Assembly (NCBI GenBank): GCA_963695345.1 | Contig: OY968769.1 | Span: forward strand, 1,920,001-1,984,000 | DNA: 64,000 bases | From: an uncultured Methanomassiliicoccales archaeon | GTDB lineage: Archaea; Thermoplasmatota; Thermoplasmata; Methanomassiliicoccales; UBA472 | Reading direction: 5' to 3' | Shown: positions 31,067-41,858 of the stretch, piece by piece | How the letters are laid out: each line of letters starts with the position of its first letter | How positions within the stretch are numbered: position 1 is the stretch's first letter | The notes under the pieces: generated by a model | Told to the model about the DNA's origin: nothing | The model's database searches: none | Seen by the model: the letters and a program-made list of their open reading frames with translations, nothing else | Program-made: the position numbers and the translations under genes

Positions 31067-33492
31067 TCAGCTGATGACGGAGATCTCGCTGGAACCATCG
31101 GCCCTTTCCTTGATCCCAATGACGTTGCCCATGAGGTCCTTGACCTCCTCGAGGTGGGTGATGAGAATGATCTGGCCGAATTGCTTTGAGAGGCCGGTGA
31201 AGGTCTGCATGATGTTCCTCTTGCGGATCGTGTCCTGAGAGCCGAAGATCTCGTCCAGCACGAGGAAGTTGATGTTGCTCCCGGAGCGCTCCGCTATCAC
31301 TCGGGATATCGCCAGGCGCAGGCACAGGTTGGCCAGGTCCGCCTCGCCACCGGAGAACCGGTCCAACGGATACTTCTGGCCCTTGTCGTAGACGTTGATG
31401 TTGTATTCCTCGTCCAGCTCCATGCCGTTGTATTTTGCCTCGGTGAGCTCCTCAAAGAGGGCGGAGGATATCTCGGACAATGTCGGGATTATGCGTGAGA
31501 TGACGTTCGAACGGAACATGCGCATCACATCGCTCAGGACCATCAGGGTCTCGCTCTCGTTCTGAACCGCGCCCGCCCTTGACTCCACCTCGGCCAGCTG
31601 CTTCAGTTGGTCTTCCCTTCGGGATATCTCGGCCTTCTTTCTGTCGATGGCGTTCTGGAGGCCATACGTCTCCTTGGCCTTCGCCTCCCGCCTGTCCCGG
31701 ACCTCGACATAGGTGCGTTTCACCTTTTCCAACTGTTCATCGCTGTGGCCGGAGATCGTCATCCGCTCCTGTGCCAGTCTCAGTTCCTCCTGCTCCGTTC
31801 CGATCTGCCTTTCCAGGGAGGCCCGCTGGGATTCCACCTCCGGCAGGCGCCTCGCCTCGATGGTCAGTTGATTGTACTGGTCGGCTATCCTTTTCAGTTC
31901 CCCGAGCTCCTTCTTGAGCCGTTCATAGGCGACGGCATCGAAGTCGACCGTACCGATCCGGGCGATCGCTGATTCAGCATCAGCCATGTCGGTCCTGACG
32001 CCAGCGGTCTGTTCCTCAAGGCTCTTTACCGAAGAGGCCAGTTTCGTTTCCTCGATGACATCCTTCCTAAGCTTCTGCAGCCTGACGTCTATGTTCCCGC
32101 GCACCTTCCTGTTCTTCTCCAATTCGTCGTCAGCCTGCTGCAGTTGGGAAGTGAGCTCGGCCAGCTGGGACCGCATTTCCGCGATCTCTTTGGTCATAAG
32201 CTCCAGCAATGTGGAGTAGTGCTCGGCCAGGGTCCTTTCGCACGTGGGGCATTTGCTGTCCGGACCGATCGATTGGATATCGGACCTCTTCTTTTCCCGG
32301 GCTGCAACATCCTTCTGGATCCGTTTGACCTCCCCCCTGAGCCAGTCAGACCTGCGGTTCAAATCGGCGATGCCCTCATCCGCACGCTTGAGATTCTCTT
32401 CCGCGGAGGACAGGTGCTTGGACGGCTCCTTGAGTATCGGCCAGTTCCCTCTTCGATCTTGGCAGCCTTTTCCTCCAGCGTTGCCAGTTCCTTTTCCAGC
32501 TTGGACCTTCGGGCTCGTTGGTATTCAAGCTCCATGAAGGATGACCGGACCGATTCCATCGAGTCCTTCTGCGCCACCGATCTCAAGAATTGCTGGTTCG
32601 TTCCTTCGAGCTCGACCGCCCGGCTGCCTTTCTCCCGGAGCGATTCGATCTCTTTGGCCAGGCGGTCGATCGCTTGCGAGTTCCTTTCCATTCCCGCCCG
32701 CAATTCCGCCGCTCTGCGCTGGTGGGATGAGTATTCCCTGATACTTCGTCTCTGCCTGGTCCCATTCACCCTTCACCGCATTCGTGCGCTTGTCCAGGGC
32801 CTCAAGGAGCTTTCTCTGTTCCTGGAGTGACGATTCCAGCTGTTGGACCTCGGTCTCCAATATGGACCGTTCTGTCTCGACATTCTTCCTTTTCTCCTGG
32901 CCGTTCGCCTCGAAGAGCAGCAGGTTCAGGTTCGCCAGTTCGGTGCGTTTGCCCTTGGCGTCCTTGTCGATCTCGATGACCACATCGTCCAGGACATCGA
33001 TCTCCAGCATGCGCAGGATGGTCTTCTTGCGATCGGCCGGACGGAGCGTGGAAAGAGCGTTCAGGTCCTTCTGCCTGGCGAAGACGGAGATGAAGAACGA
33101 CTTGTAGTCCATGCCCAGCCGGTCGACGATGAGCATCGGTAACGCCCTTGTCGGTCTTGGCTGACAGCGAGCCGTTCACACTGAGCGATGGCATCGGAGA
33201 CGCAGTTCTTGCCCTTGATGCTCCGGAACGCACGATAGTGGTCCGGTCCGAGATCGAACTCCAGTTCGACCGAGCACTCGTCATTGGGCCCGGCGGAAGA
33301 GCTCCTGATCCCTTCCTTTGTGGTACGCACGATCGACGACTCGTTCCCATAGAGCGCCCAGGCGATCGCCTCCACCAGGCTGGACTTGCCGGATCCGTTC
33401 TGGCCGATGATGCCGACGATGCCATCGGGGAACTCCACCCGGGCGTTGCGGAACTTGCGATAGTTCTTCAGCTCGAGGTATCTCAGTTTGAT
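31067..33492 (-). CDS. rad50: Rad50/SbcC SMC-family ATPase (frameshifted)
   Basis: LKNYRKF, GQNGSGKSS, zinc hook CPTC, FSGGE and LVLDEIFGSQD. Confidence 0.92.
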
Positions 33493-34607
33493 CCTTCCAG
33501 CCCCCTTTTCAGATACTCGAGGCCCTTTGCCCGCACCTCGTCCTTGCTCACCCTCTCTACTGGATACTGGTCCAGGAATGATGTAGTACTCCGATTCGAG
33601 AGAGTCGATGCTGGCGCTCTTCCATTGCACTGACGAGTTCTCCTGGACCACTTCGAACTTGGGTTCAAAGTGGGTTGCCGATGAGGCTTTCTGGACGATG
33701 CGGTTGAAGTCCACTGCTTTGTACAGCTGCGGATGGTACCCGGTTGACGATGAGCCGGACGATCCGGCCTTCCATGGAAACCGTGTCCAGAACGTTCGAT
33801 ATCTCTTCCATCAGAGAGGCCGCGTCCATGCCCGAGGCGTCGATCGGACCTAGGTCCATCATCTCCCGGCGGCCAGCTTGACGAACCTTCGTTTCTTTGT
33901 GTCCAGATCTATCATCGATGAAACCCTTCGGCCTCGTCCGCCTCGGAGAAGGAAAGACGTTCGATGGACCCTGCGTAGTAGGCGTTGTCGGCAGCACTGG
34001 AATAGTTATGATAGTGGCCCAGGGCGATGTAGTCCATGTCCGTCCGCAGGTATGACGAGGGTACGATGGTCTCGTTGAACTCGCCCATCTTGAATACGTT
34101 CAGTCCAGAGACCCCGGCGTGCAGCGTCTCCACGTTATAGTTGGCATCACCGTCTGGCCGGACCTTGTCCAGCTCCGCGAACAGAGCCTCCCCCTCGTTG
34201 TGCGGCACGGCATGGATGGTGAGGTCATCCTGGACCACCCGTTCGTAGATGCCGCTGTAGACCGCCCGGAGGCCGCGCACATGCTCCAAGATCTTGAAGA
34301 CGCTACCGGTCTCCCGCAGCCTGGGCGTGGAATGGTTGCCGGCGATGACCACGACCGGTATGTCCGCCGCGGTAATGCGGGCCAGGTTGTCCAAGGCCAC
34401 CGATATGGCCCGGTTGGAAGGTCTGACCGAATCGAACAGATCACCGGAATGGATGACCACGTCTGGATGGATCTCGATGGCCTTGTCCGCGAACTCGGCG
34501 AACCGCCGATAGACGTCCATCTCCCGCTGGTTGATGCCAGTCTCGTCATCCACCTTACGGTAGGCGGAGAACCCGATGTGGGTGTCGGAGACGTGAACTA
34601 TCTTCAT
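33483..34607 (-). CDS. mre11: Mre11/SbcD nuclease (frameshifted)
   Basis: HVSDTHIG, GDLFD, AGNHS, ALGHYH and YAGSIERLSFSE. Confidence 0.92.
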
Positions 34608-34664
34608 CCGATTCGTATAACCGGCTTCCAGTTAAATACCGTTGCGGAGAGATGGCCGAAAGTG

Positions 34665-36454
34665 ACTACGGTTCGGAATCATGCTTCTGCTCCAGAAGGT
34701 TCTCGCTCAAGCAGATTGGTCATCTTGTCATAGGTGGCCTTGTTGATGTCCCGCAGCCATATGGTGACCATGATCCCTATGACGATCACTGCCACGATCA
34801 GCAGGAACGGGAAGTCCCTGGCCATCGGTGCGATCGGTATCAGCATGAAGAACAGCGATGATGAATGTGAAGATGTAGCCCAGCCTGGTCATGATGTGGA
34901 AGAACATATGCCCGGTGCTGCTCTGGAAACGCCCGGTCTCCACCAGTCCTTTGACCAGGATGATCGACGATGCGTCTCATCCTCCGCATGATGCTGATCA
35001 GCGGCGGAATGATGAGGGCGACCGAAATGATCATGCCCAGCGTGGTAGGCAGCAATCGAAAGTCCAGTGGCGACACCCTGGAGCAGGTATGCCAAACCCA
35101 TAGAAGAGCCCGGCGAACACCTGGATCATCAGGATGATGGTGAAGTCGACGAATATCCAGAAGAGATGTTTGCAGCACCTCCTTCCGGCGATCGGCATGC
35201 GTTGCCATCCAGGACCTGACCTCGGACCGCAGCGCCTCCGTCCTACGTAGCGAAGCGACGATCGAACCGGGAAGGTGGGCTGCCAGGTAATCCACGGTAC
35301 CGGGAGGAGTAGCGGAAGGTGATCGGCAGTACTATCATGGTGATCAAGGCCGCTCCGATGATCGAGGAATAGAAGAACTGGCTGAGGGTCCCGTTATCGA
35401 CCCCGGTCTTCACGATGACGAACGAGAACTCGCCCATCGCCACCATGGCCATGCCGGACATCATCGAGGATCGGGCGTCGGTGTTGGCCACGTAGGTGGC
35501 GGTCGTAACGCTGAATATCTTGCCCACGATGAAGACACGCGGCGATGATGATGGCGGGCAGTATGTTCTGTATCACCAGCCGGGGGTCGATCAGCATGCC
35601 GATGGAGACGAAGAATATCGCCATGAACATCTCCTTGATGGGCATGGTCTTGAGCACGATCTCCTGCTGGGCGGCCGACTGGGAGACGATGATGCCCATG
35701 ACGAACGCGCCGATGGCAACGCTCAGACCGATCTCGGAGGATAGCAAGGCCATGCCGAAGCACAGACCCAGCGAGACCAGCAGCAGCACTTCGCTGGGAT
35801 ACTTCCTCTTGACGTAGTCGATGAGGCGCGGGCACGACAGCGAAGCCCAGCGATCAGGCTCAGTCCTATGAAGAGGACCGCCCCGCCCAGGATGCCGATC
35901 GCCGAGGATAGGCCGGGCGCCTTCCCGGAACCCAGCGGGGACACCATCGCCAGTATGATGACGGCGGCGATGTCCTCCATGATCAGGATGCCGATGATCC
36001 CGCTGGCGTACTGCTTCTGGATGTGGCCCGCGTCCGTCAGCACCTTGACGATGACCGCGGTCGAGGAGATCGACATGACCGCGCCGAGGAAGATCGATTC
36101 GATGCTCGCACCATCCCATCAGCCCATCCCAGAGCGTAGCCGATGGTGATCATGATGACGATCTCTATCGTCCCGGCCACGATGGCGAACAGTCCGGTCT
36201 GGCGCAGCTTCCGGAGGTTGAACTCCAGACCGATGGTGAACATCAGCAGTATGATACCCAGGTTGGCCAGCGAGTTCACCGTGTCGATGTCGGTGATCAG
36301 GTCGAAGGGAAAAAGATAGGGTCCGACCAGGATCCCGGCCGCCAGGTAACCGATGACCACTGGCATCCTCAGCCTTGGTGAACAGGACGGCGGTCAGCCC
36401 GGCCACCGCGAGTATGACCGTAATCTCCATCAGGAAACGGATCTGGACATCCAA
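34665..36454 (-). CDS. CPA2-family cation:proton antiporter (KefB-like, frameshifted)
   Basis: GYLAAGILVGP, LLMFTIGLEF, ISSTAVIVK, GILIMEDI, IFFVSIGM and MGEFSFVI. Confidence 0.88.
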
Positions 36455-36467
36455 GTCATATCACCGA

Positions 36468-38026
36468 TCAGAAGAAACCTTTGTCCGGGGCCTTTTGCAT
36501 CGCCTCGGGAACGCAGGGCATTCGTCGGTCACGTTGCAGCGCTTGAGATATTCCTCGTACAGATGGACCTTCACCGGGATCGCGAACGGGGTGAACGGCG
36601 AGGCGATCAGCGCCTCGCCTGGCATCAGCATCTGGATCTCGTTCTCCAGCATGGAGATGTCCTGCTTGGCCGAGTTCCGCAGGATGTCCCGGTCCCGCTT
36701 GTCGGCCAGACCGAGGATGAACAAGGGTGTTGAACTGCGAGATGATCTCCTCGTTGATCAGCTTCGGCTGCTGCGAAACGGCGCACAGTCCCGACCTTGA
36801 ACTTCCTTCCCTCACGGGCGATCTGGGCGAAGATGGTCCCCTTGGCCTGGGACAGCACCCGCTGCGCCTCCTCCATGGCGATCAGCACCGGCGGCTGCTT
36901 GTCGAACTTGGCCTTGTCCGAGTACAGCGCCTTGTTCTGCTCGAAGATCGCCCGGGTCGAGCACGGTCGAGATGAGCAGCTCCTCCGCCTCGAACATGTT
37001 GGAGGTGTCGACCAGCACCACCTTGCCGTTCGCAAGGCAGTCGAGCACGTTCTTGGTGATGGACAGCTGCCGGTCGGTGGTGACCAGGTCGAACTGGAAG
37101 ATGCTGTCCAGGCGACGCTTGATGACGTTGACCGTGCCTTCATGGAACTTGTCCTGCAGGTCCTTGACGATGGTCTTGACATCCTTGTCCCGCAAGCTCC
37201 ATCAGCCAGGCGTCCTCGTAATGGTACTGCGCCGTCTGCAGGCATTCCACCTGGGCGCCGGTGAACTCGTAGAGGTTCTTCAGGTCGTCGATCTCGATCT
37301 CCGAGGAACTGACGTGGAGGGTGGTGTACGGTCCGTCCAGCTTCCGCGAACTGAAGACCACCAGGCCTTCCTTGGCCGCGGTGGCGTGGCACAGGCCCTT
37401 CTTGCCCATCTCCCCGCCGTCGTAGTACTCGCCGTGCGGGTCGAAGATCAGGAAACCGTAGCGCCGTTCCCTCATGCATGAGAGGGCCAGCGATTTCATC
37501 AGGTTGCTCTTGCCCATGCCGGTGGTGGCGAAGATGCCGACGTGGTGGGGGAAAGACCGACCCGAGATGCCGACCGGGAAGTCCAGGATCTGGTCTCCGG
37601 AACGCAGGACGGCCGACCTCTATGTCCCCCATCAACGGCCGGAGGAACTCGTAGTCGCCGCCGTCCGCCCTCCTGACCCGGGAGAAATGCTCCGGTATCG
37701 ACTTGACCTTCCGGAACTCATTTCCGGTGAGGTAACCCAGGGGGGAACATGTCCCGGTGCGGTAGATCATGTCGCTCATGTCCTCGGGATCGAACTTCTT
37801 GTTATCCTTGTCCCGCTGCATGGCCGTTCCCGCCTCGCGCACCAGCCAGTCATCGGAATCGGCGTCGGCGCCATACTCGACGTCCATCACCCTGACCATG
37901 TACTTGGTGGCCCCGCCCTTGTCCTCGATGATCAGGAGCTCTCCCGACCTGGACGTTCTCCGAATGTTCGGTCCTGAACCTAAGCTCCATAACGCTGGTT
38001 CCGAACACCCTTCCGATCGCAGCCAT
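36468..38026 (-). CDS. herA: HerA-family ATPase/helicase (frameshifted)
   Basis: N-terminal HAS-barrel-like region (MAAIGRVFG), Walker A ATTGMGKSN, IFDPHGEY, AMEEAQ, IAREGRKF, SQQP and GEALI. Confidence 0.88.
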
Positions 38027-38187
38027 CTTGAATCCCCGTTCGGTTGATTGCCTACTTCAATTAAACAGTTTACCTCCAGGATGCCGAAAGTGCGATGTCA
38101 TCATGATCGAGAATCACGATATTTCGATATTTTTTGTTGGATATGTATTGCAAAGGTTTATTGTGCCAGTAGCACGTTCCCAAACCA

Positions 38188-39106
38188 ATGCGCCCGGAGT
38201 CCATTTTGCTCGGCAGCGGTGAGGCCAATAGCCGGCCGACGATGCGGGTAATCGGCATCGGGGGAGCCGGGTGCAACACCATTTCCCACATGGGCGACGA
38301 GGGTATCGCGGTCTGCTCGGACAAGAGCCATTCCTCCCTGATTCGCCACAAGCGGATACTCAGGCTGACAGACAATCAGGTGAAGTCGGCCCGCTCGATG
38401 GACCCCAAATATGCGCACACTTTGAACCTGGAGTGGCTGGAAAAGCTCAAGGAGCATGTCGAGCGCCCTGACATCGTCTTCATTTTCGTAGGGTTGGGGG
38501 GTGAGACCGGAAGCTACGTGTCACCCCTGGTCGCATCGATATGCCAGAAGGTGGCCAAGCTGGTCGTGGTGTCCGCCTCGGAGCCCTTCTCGGTGGAGGG
38601 AACGGACCGCCGGACGGCCGCCCAGGAAGGAAGGCAGCGGCTGCAGACCAGCTGTGACATCCCGATCATCTATTCCAACGACCCGTTGCTGCAGATGGCC
38701 CCGAACCTGCCCATCCGCAAGGCGTTCAACGTCATGGACCAGATCATGCTTTCCCCGGTCTACGAGCTCATCGACGTGCTGACCCTGGAGGACATCAAGG
38801 GGGTAAGGGATGATTTCCGGGGTTGCACCAAGGTGCGCCTGGGGGTAGGTTACGGAGGCTCAGGGCTGGAAAGGGTCTCGGTGGCCGTGGAGGACGCCTT
38901 CACATCGCCCTGGTTCGATTCGCCGACCGATATGGCCCGGTCAGCGGTGCTGGTGGTCAATTCCTCTGAGCCGGACCCTTATCTGCTCGAAGAAGTGATG
39001 AAGGACGTATCATCCAGGCTTGCCGCGCGCCAAGATCCGTTATTCTTCCCGGGGCGACCCGGCACTGGAAAGGCGCATCAAGGTCACCGTTCTGGTCGGA
39101 TGGTAG
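38188..39106 (+). CDS. Divergent FtsZ/tubulin-superfamily protein (frameshift near 39025)
   Basis: VIGIGGAGCN, VFIFVGLGGETGS, PFSVEG..R, YSND.L and AF...D. The alternative frame ends RIKVTVLVGW*. Confidence 0.85.
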
Positions 39107-39423
39107 TCCTGAACAGTGGTCTTTCTCTTTTGCTCGAGATGATGATCTTTTTCGCTTCCATCTAAAATGTTGCCATGAAGGTCGCCGCGATCACCAACGC
39201 CCATTGAACCGCGCTGATGCGTTGCATAGTCGACCGATCACTTCCTCATCAGATATGCCCTTGTCCCGGTCGGTTCCCCGGCCCCTAAGGGCCTCCCCTT
39301 CGTCGATGGAGTGCCAACTGACCATCTGATATCCCATGTCCCGCGCCCTGGCGATGAATCGCCAGTGTGCTGTTGTATGTCAAGTGAGAAAATTCACCAT
39401 AGGGTTTTTGATGGTCCCGCCCC

Positions 39424-40218
39424 TCATTCCCCTTCAGCGATCTCCTGCGGTGCGCCGGCGAACTTGACCAGAGCATACGCCTCCATGAAGTGCAGTTTCG
39501 AGGGAACGACCAGGTGTGGAGAGGTCCGCCCATGTCCAACGTCCTCATCTTTTCCGGATAGCCGGCGGCGATCTCCTCTGATCGATGAACCGATGCGGGC
39601 AGCGGCACAGATCAGCGAATCAGGGGTGATGAGCTTGCGGCCGAACCGTTTCTCCGCCTCGATGAGCCAGTTCACCCCGTCGATGGAGGTCATATACCGG
39701 TTCTCCTCCTCCCTGATGTCCAGAAGGACCATCGTGTGCAGTCCCCGTTCCTTGTTCTCCAGGATGCGCTCGTACGGGCTGGAAGGGAAATACTCGCCTT
39801 CCACGAAAGGCAGGGTGACCGTCCTCCCGAACTTGTACGGCTGCAGCCCTAGAGAGGAAGGGCAGGCGGTGAATATCGAGACCCCGTGGATCACCTTGGT
39901 CGGGATGTTCGCGTCCACCGCCTGGATGCGCAGGTCCACATGGGTCGTGGCGGCCATGGTGTCCCCGGCGGTGACGAACGCCACCCGCTTCTCCTTGGCG
40001 GCATCGATCACCATCTCCGATTCCTCCACGTCCTTCCTCTTCAGGACCGTGATGTTCTTTCCGATGGCCCTTCCCAGGTCTTCGAGCGAGGCATCGATCA
40101 GCCTCGATGTGTAGAACTCCACGAATATCTGGTCACAGCCTTTCAGTTCCCTGAGGGCGCGGACGCTCATGTCGTCCACTCCGCCCAACCCTAAACCAAC
40201 AAATAGCAATTCGCCCAT
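39424..40218 (-). CDS. dph5: Diphthine synthase
   Basis: LLFVGLGLG, EFYTS, GDTMAATTH, GLQPYKFGRTVTLP and GLHTMVLLDI. Confidence 0.95.
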   Translation of the reverse strand: MGELLFVGLGLGGVDDMSVRALRELKGCDQIFVEFYTSRLIDASLEDLGRAIGKNITVLKRKDVEESEMVIDAAKEKRVAFVTAGDTMAATTHVDLRIQAVDANIPTKVIHGVSIFTACPSSLGLQPYKFGRTVTLPFVEGEYFPSSPYERILENKERGLHTMVLLDIREEENRYMTSIDGVNWLIEAEKRFGRKLITPDSLICAAARIGSSIRGDRRRLSGKDEDVGHGRTSPHLVVPSKLHFMEAYALVKFAGAPQEIAEGE

Positions 40219-40228
40219 CGACATCACC

Positions 40229-41248
40229 GTGCGCTCTCTATGCGTTCGCGTACCGAAGGGTGAAGGCGAGTCCGTCCGTAAAAAGCTTTTAGACCTGGGC
40301 GTCCTGGATTCGGCGCTCAAGATCATAAGGGAGGGCGATTCGATCCTCTTCCCGGTGCTCGGCGACAATATTCCGGACATCGGTCTCGAGGTCTGTGAGG
40401 AAGAGTTTGACGAGCGCAGGCTAATGGATACTGACTACAAATCGCTGGTCTCCGTGCCGGACGAGCTCAGGCCGCTGCTTCCCACATCATTCGATGTGAT
40501 CGGCGACATCGGGATATTCCGGATGCCGGACGAACTATCGTCATACTCCAAGGAGATCGGGACCGCCCTGCTTTCCGCGTTCCCGCGGCTTCGCACGATC
40601 GCCATGGACAAAGGGGTCAAGGGGGAGTTCCGGGTGCGCGACCTGGAGGTGGTGGCCGGCGATGAGAGGCTGGAGACCATCCACCAGGAGTACGGGATAA
40701 GGCTGCTGGTCGATCCCAGCCGAGTCTATTTCAACCCTCGGCTGGCGGGCGAGCGCCACCGGGTGGCCTCGCTGGTGCGGGAAGGGGAGACGGTGATCGA
40801 CATGTTCTCCGGCATCGGCCCCTTCGCCATCATGATCGCCAAGCAGGCCAGGCCGTTCGTTGTTTTCGGACTGGACATCAATCCGGAATGCATCGAGTAC
40901 ATGAAAAGGAACATCGAGATCAACAAGGTCGCCACCGTGGTCCCGATCGAAGGGGACTCGAAGCAGCTGATATTCGACATACCCTGTGCCGATCGGATAG
41001 TGATGAACCTGCCCCATACCGCCAGGCAGTACTTCCCCGAGGCGCTGACGCGGCTGAACATCGGTGGCACCATACATTTCTATCACATTTGCGAGAGGAA
41101 CGAGATCGATTCGGTCCTGGAACAGATGGTGCTCGAGGCCATGGGCATGGGGGTGTGCGTCGACATCGCGCACAAGGAGGAGCTGAAGACCTACTCGCCG
41201 AGCGCCAGTGTGTTCAGCGCGGATCTATTTCTTCGTGACTGGTGCTAA
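40229..41248 (+). CDS. Trm5/Tyw2-family tRNA (G37) SAM-dependent transferase
   Basis: SFDVIGDI, VYFNPRL..ER, DMFSGIGPF, DINP and RIVMNLP. Confidence 0.9.
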   Translation: MRSLCVRVPKGEGESVRKKLLDLGVLDSALKIIREGDSILFPVLGDNIPDIGLEVCEEEFDERRLMDTDYKSLVSVPDELRPLLPTSFDVIGDIGIFRMPDELSSYSKEIGTALLSAFPRLRTIAMDKGVKGEFRVRDLEVVAGDERLETIHQEYGIRLLVDPSRVYFNPRLAGERHRVASLVREGETVIDMFSGIGPFAIMIAKQARPFVVFGLDINPECIEYMKRNIEINKVATVVPIEGDSKQLIFDIPCADRIVMNLPHTARQYFPEALTRLNIGGTIHFYHICERNEIDSVLEQMVLEAMGMGVCVDIAHKEELKTYSPSASVFSADLFLRDWC

Positions 41249-41716
41249 CGTTATCCCTTTCTGGTCCTGGTAATTGCCGCTCCTCTTCTCATAGGTCATC
41301 TCACAACCGGAATGCATCATTTCCAGCACCATCTGCACGAAGCGGCAGCCAATAGGCACCTCCACCGTCTGCGATGAGGCGTTGAACCCAGTGAAGGTGA
41401 GGGTTCCATGGAAGCCAGCGTCTATCTTGCCCAAGCCCACCAGCAGGCCCTTCCTGATCCAGGAGGTCCTGGTCCAGAGCTGGGCGGCGATATCATCGGG
41501 CAGCTCGACATGCTCCATCGTGCTCACGAAGAACATCTTCCCCGAGCCGATGTACACCGTTCCGTCCCGCCGGGTCTCCCCGGAATCGGCCATTCTGATC
41601 TCGGCGATGCGCAGGTCATACCCGTTGGGGGTCAGGCTCGCGTCCGAATAGTCTCTGATCACCAGCTTCCCGTTCTTCATCAACTCGACAATCTCATGGT
41701 CCGGAACGATGCACAT
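41225..41716 (-). CDS. dcd: dCTP deaminase / dUTPase family
   Basis: PNGYDLR, RTSWIRKG, IDAGFHGTLT and Y..R.GNYQDQ.G. Confidence 0.88.
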   Translation of the reverse strand: MCIVPDHEIVELMKNGKLVIRDYSDASLTPNGYDLRIAEIRMADSGETRRDGTVYIGSGKMFFVSTMEHVELPDDIAAQLWTRTSWIRKGLLVGLGKIDAGFHGTLTFTGFNASSQTVEVPIGCRFVQMVLEMMHSGCEMTYEKRSGNYQDQKGITLAPVTKK

Positions 41717-41858
41717 GACCACGTTATCCTTCTTCTGGAACATTAGAGTAACGCCTGTTCCTAAACAGAGCTCGTCAATCCATGTGTGGGAATCATTTCG
41801 TAGTCCCGGAAACAAAAGCGAATAGTTATCATATTGAAACCGAAATTCTCCTTCCAGA

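Noticed and set aside
39139-39262. ATGATGA...CTGA (C/D box sRNA) and minus-strand CTGATGA (hammerhead core)
   Set aside because: The spacing is too long, there are no good D'/C' boxes, and no properly placed stem II-GAAA.
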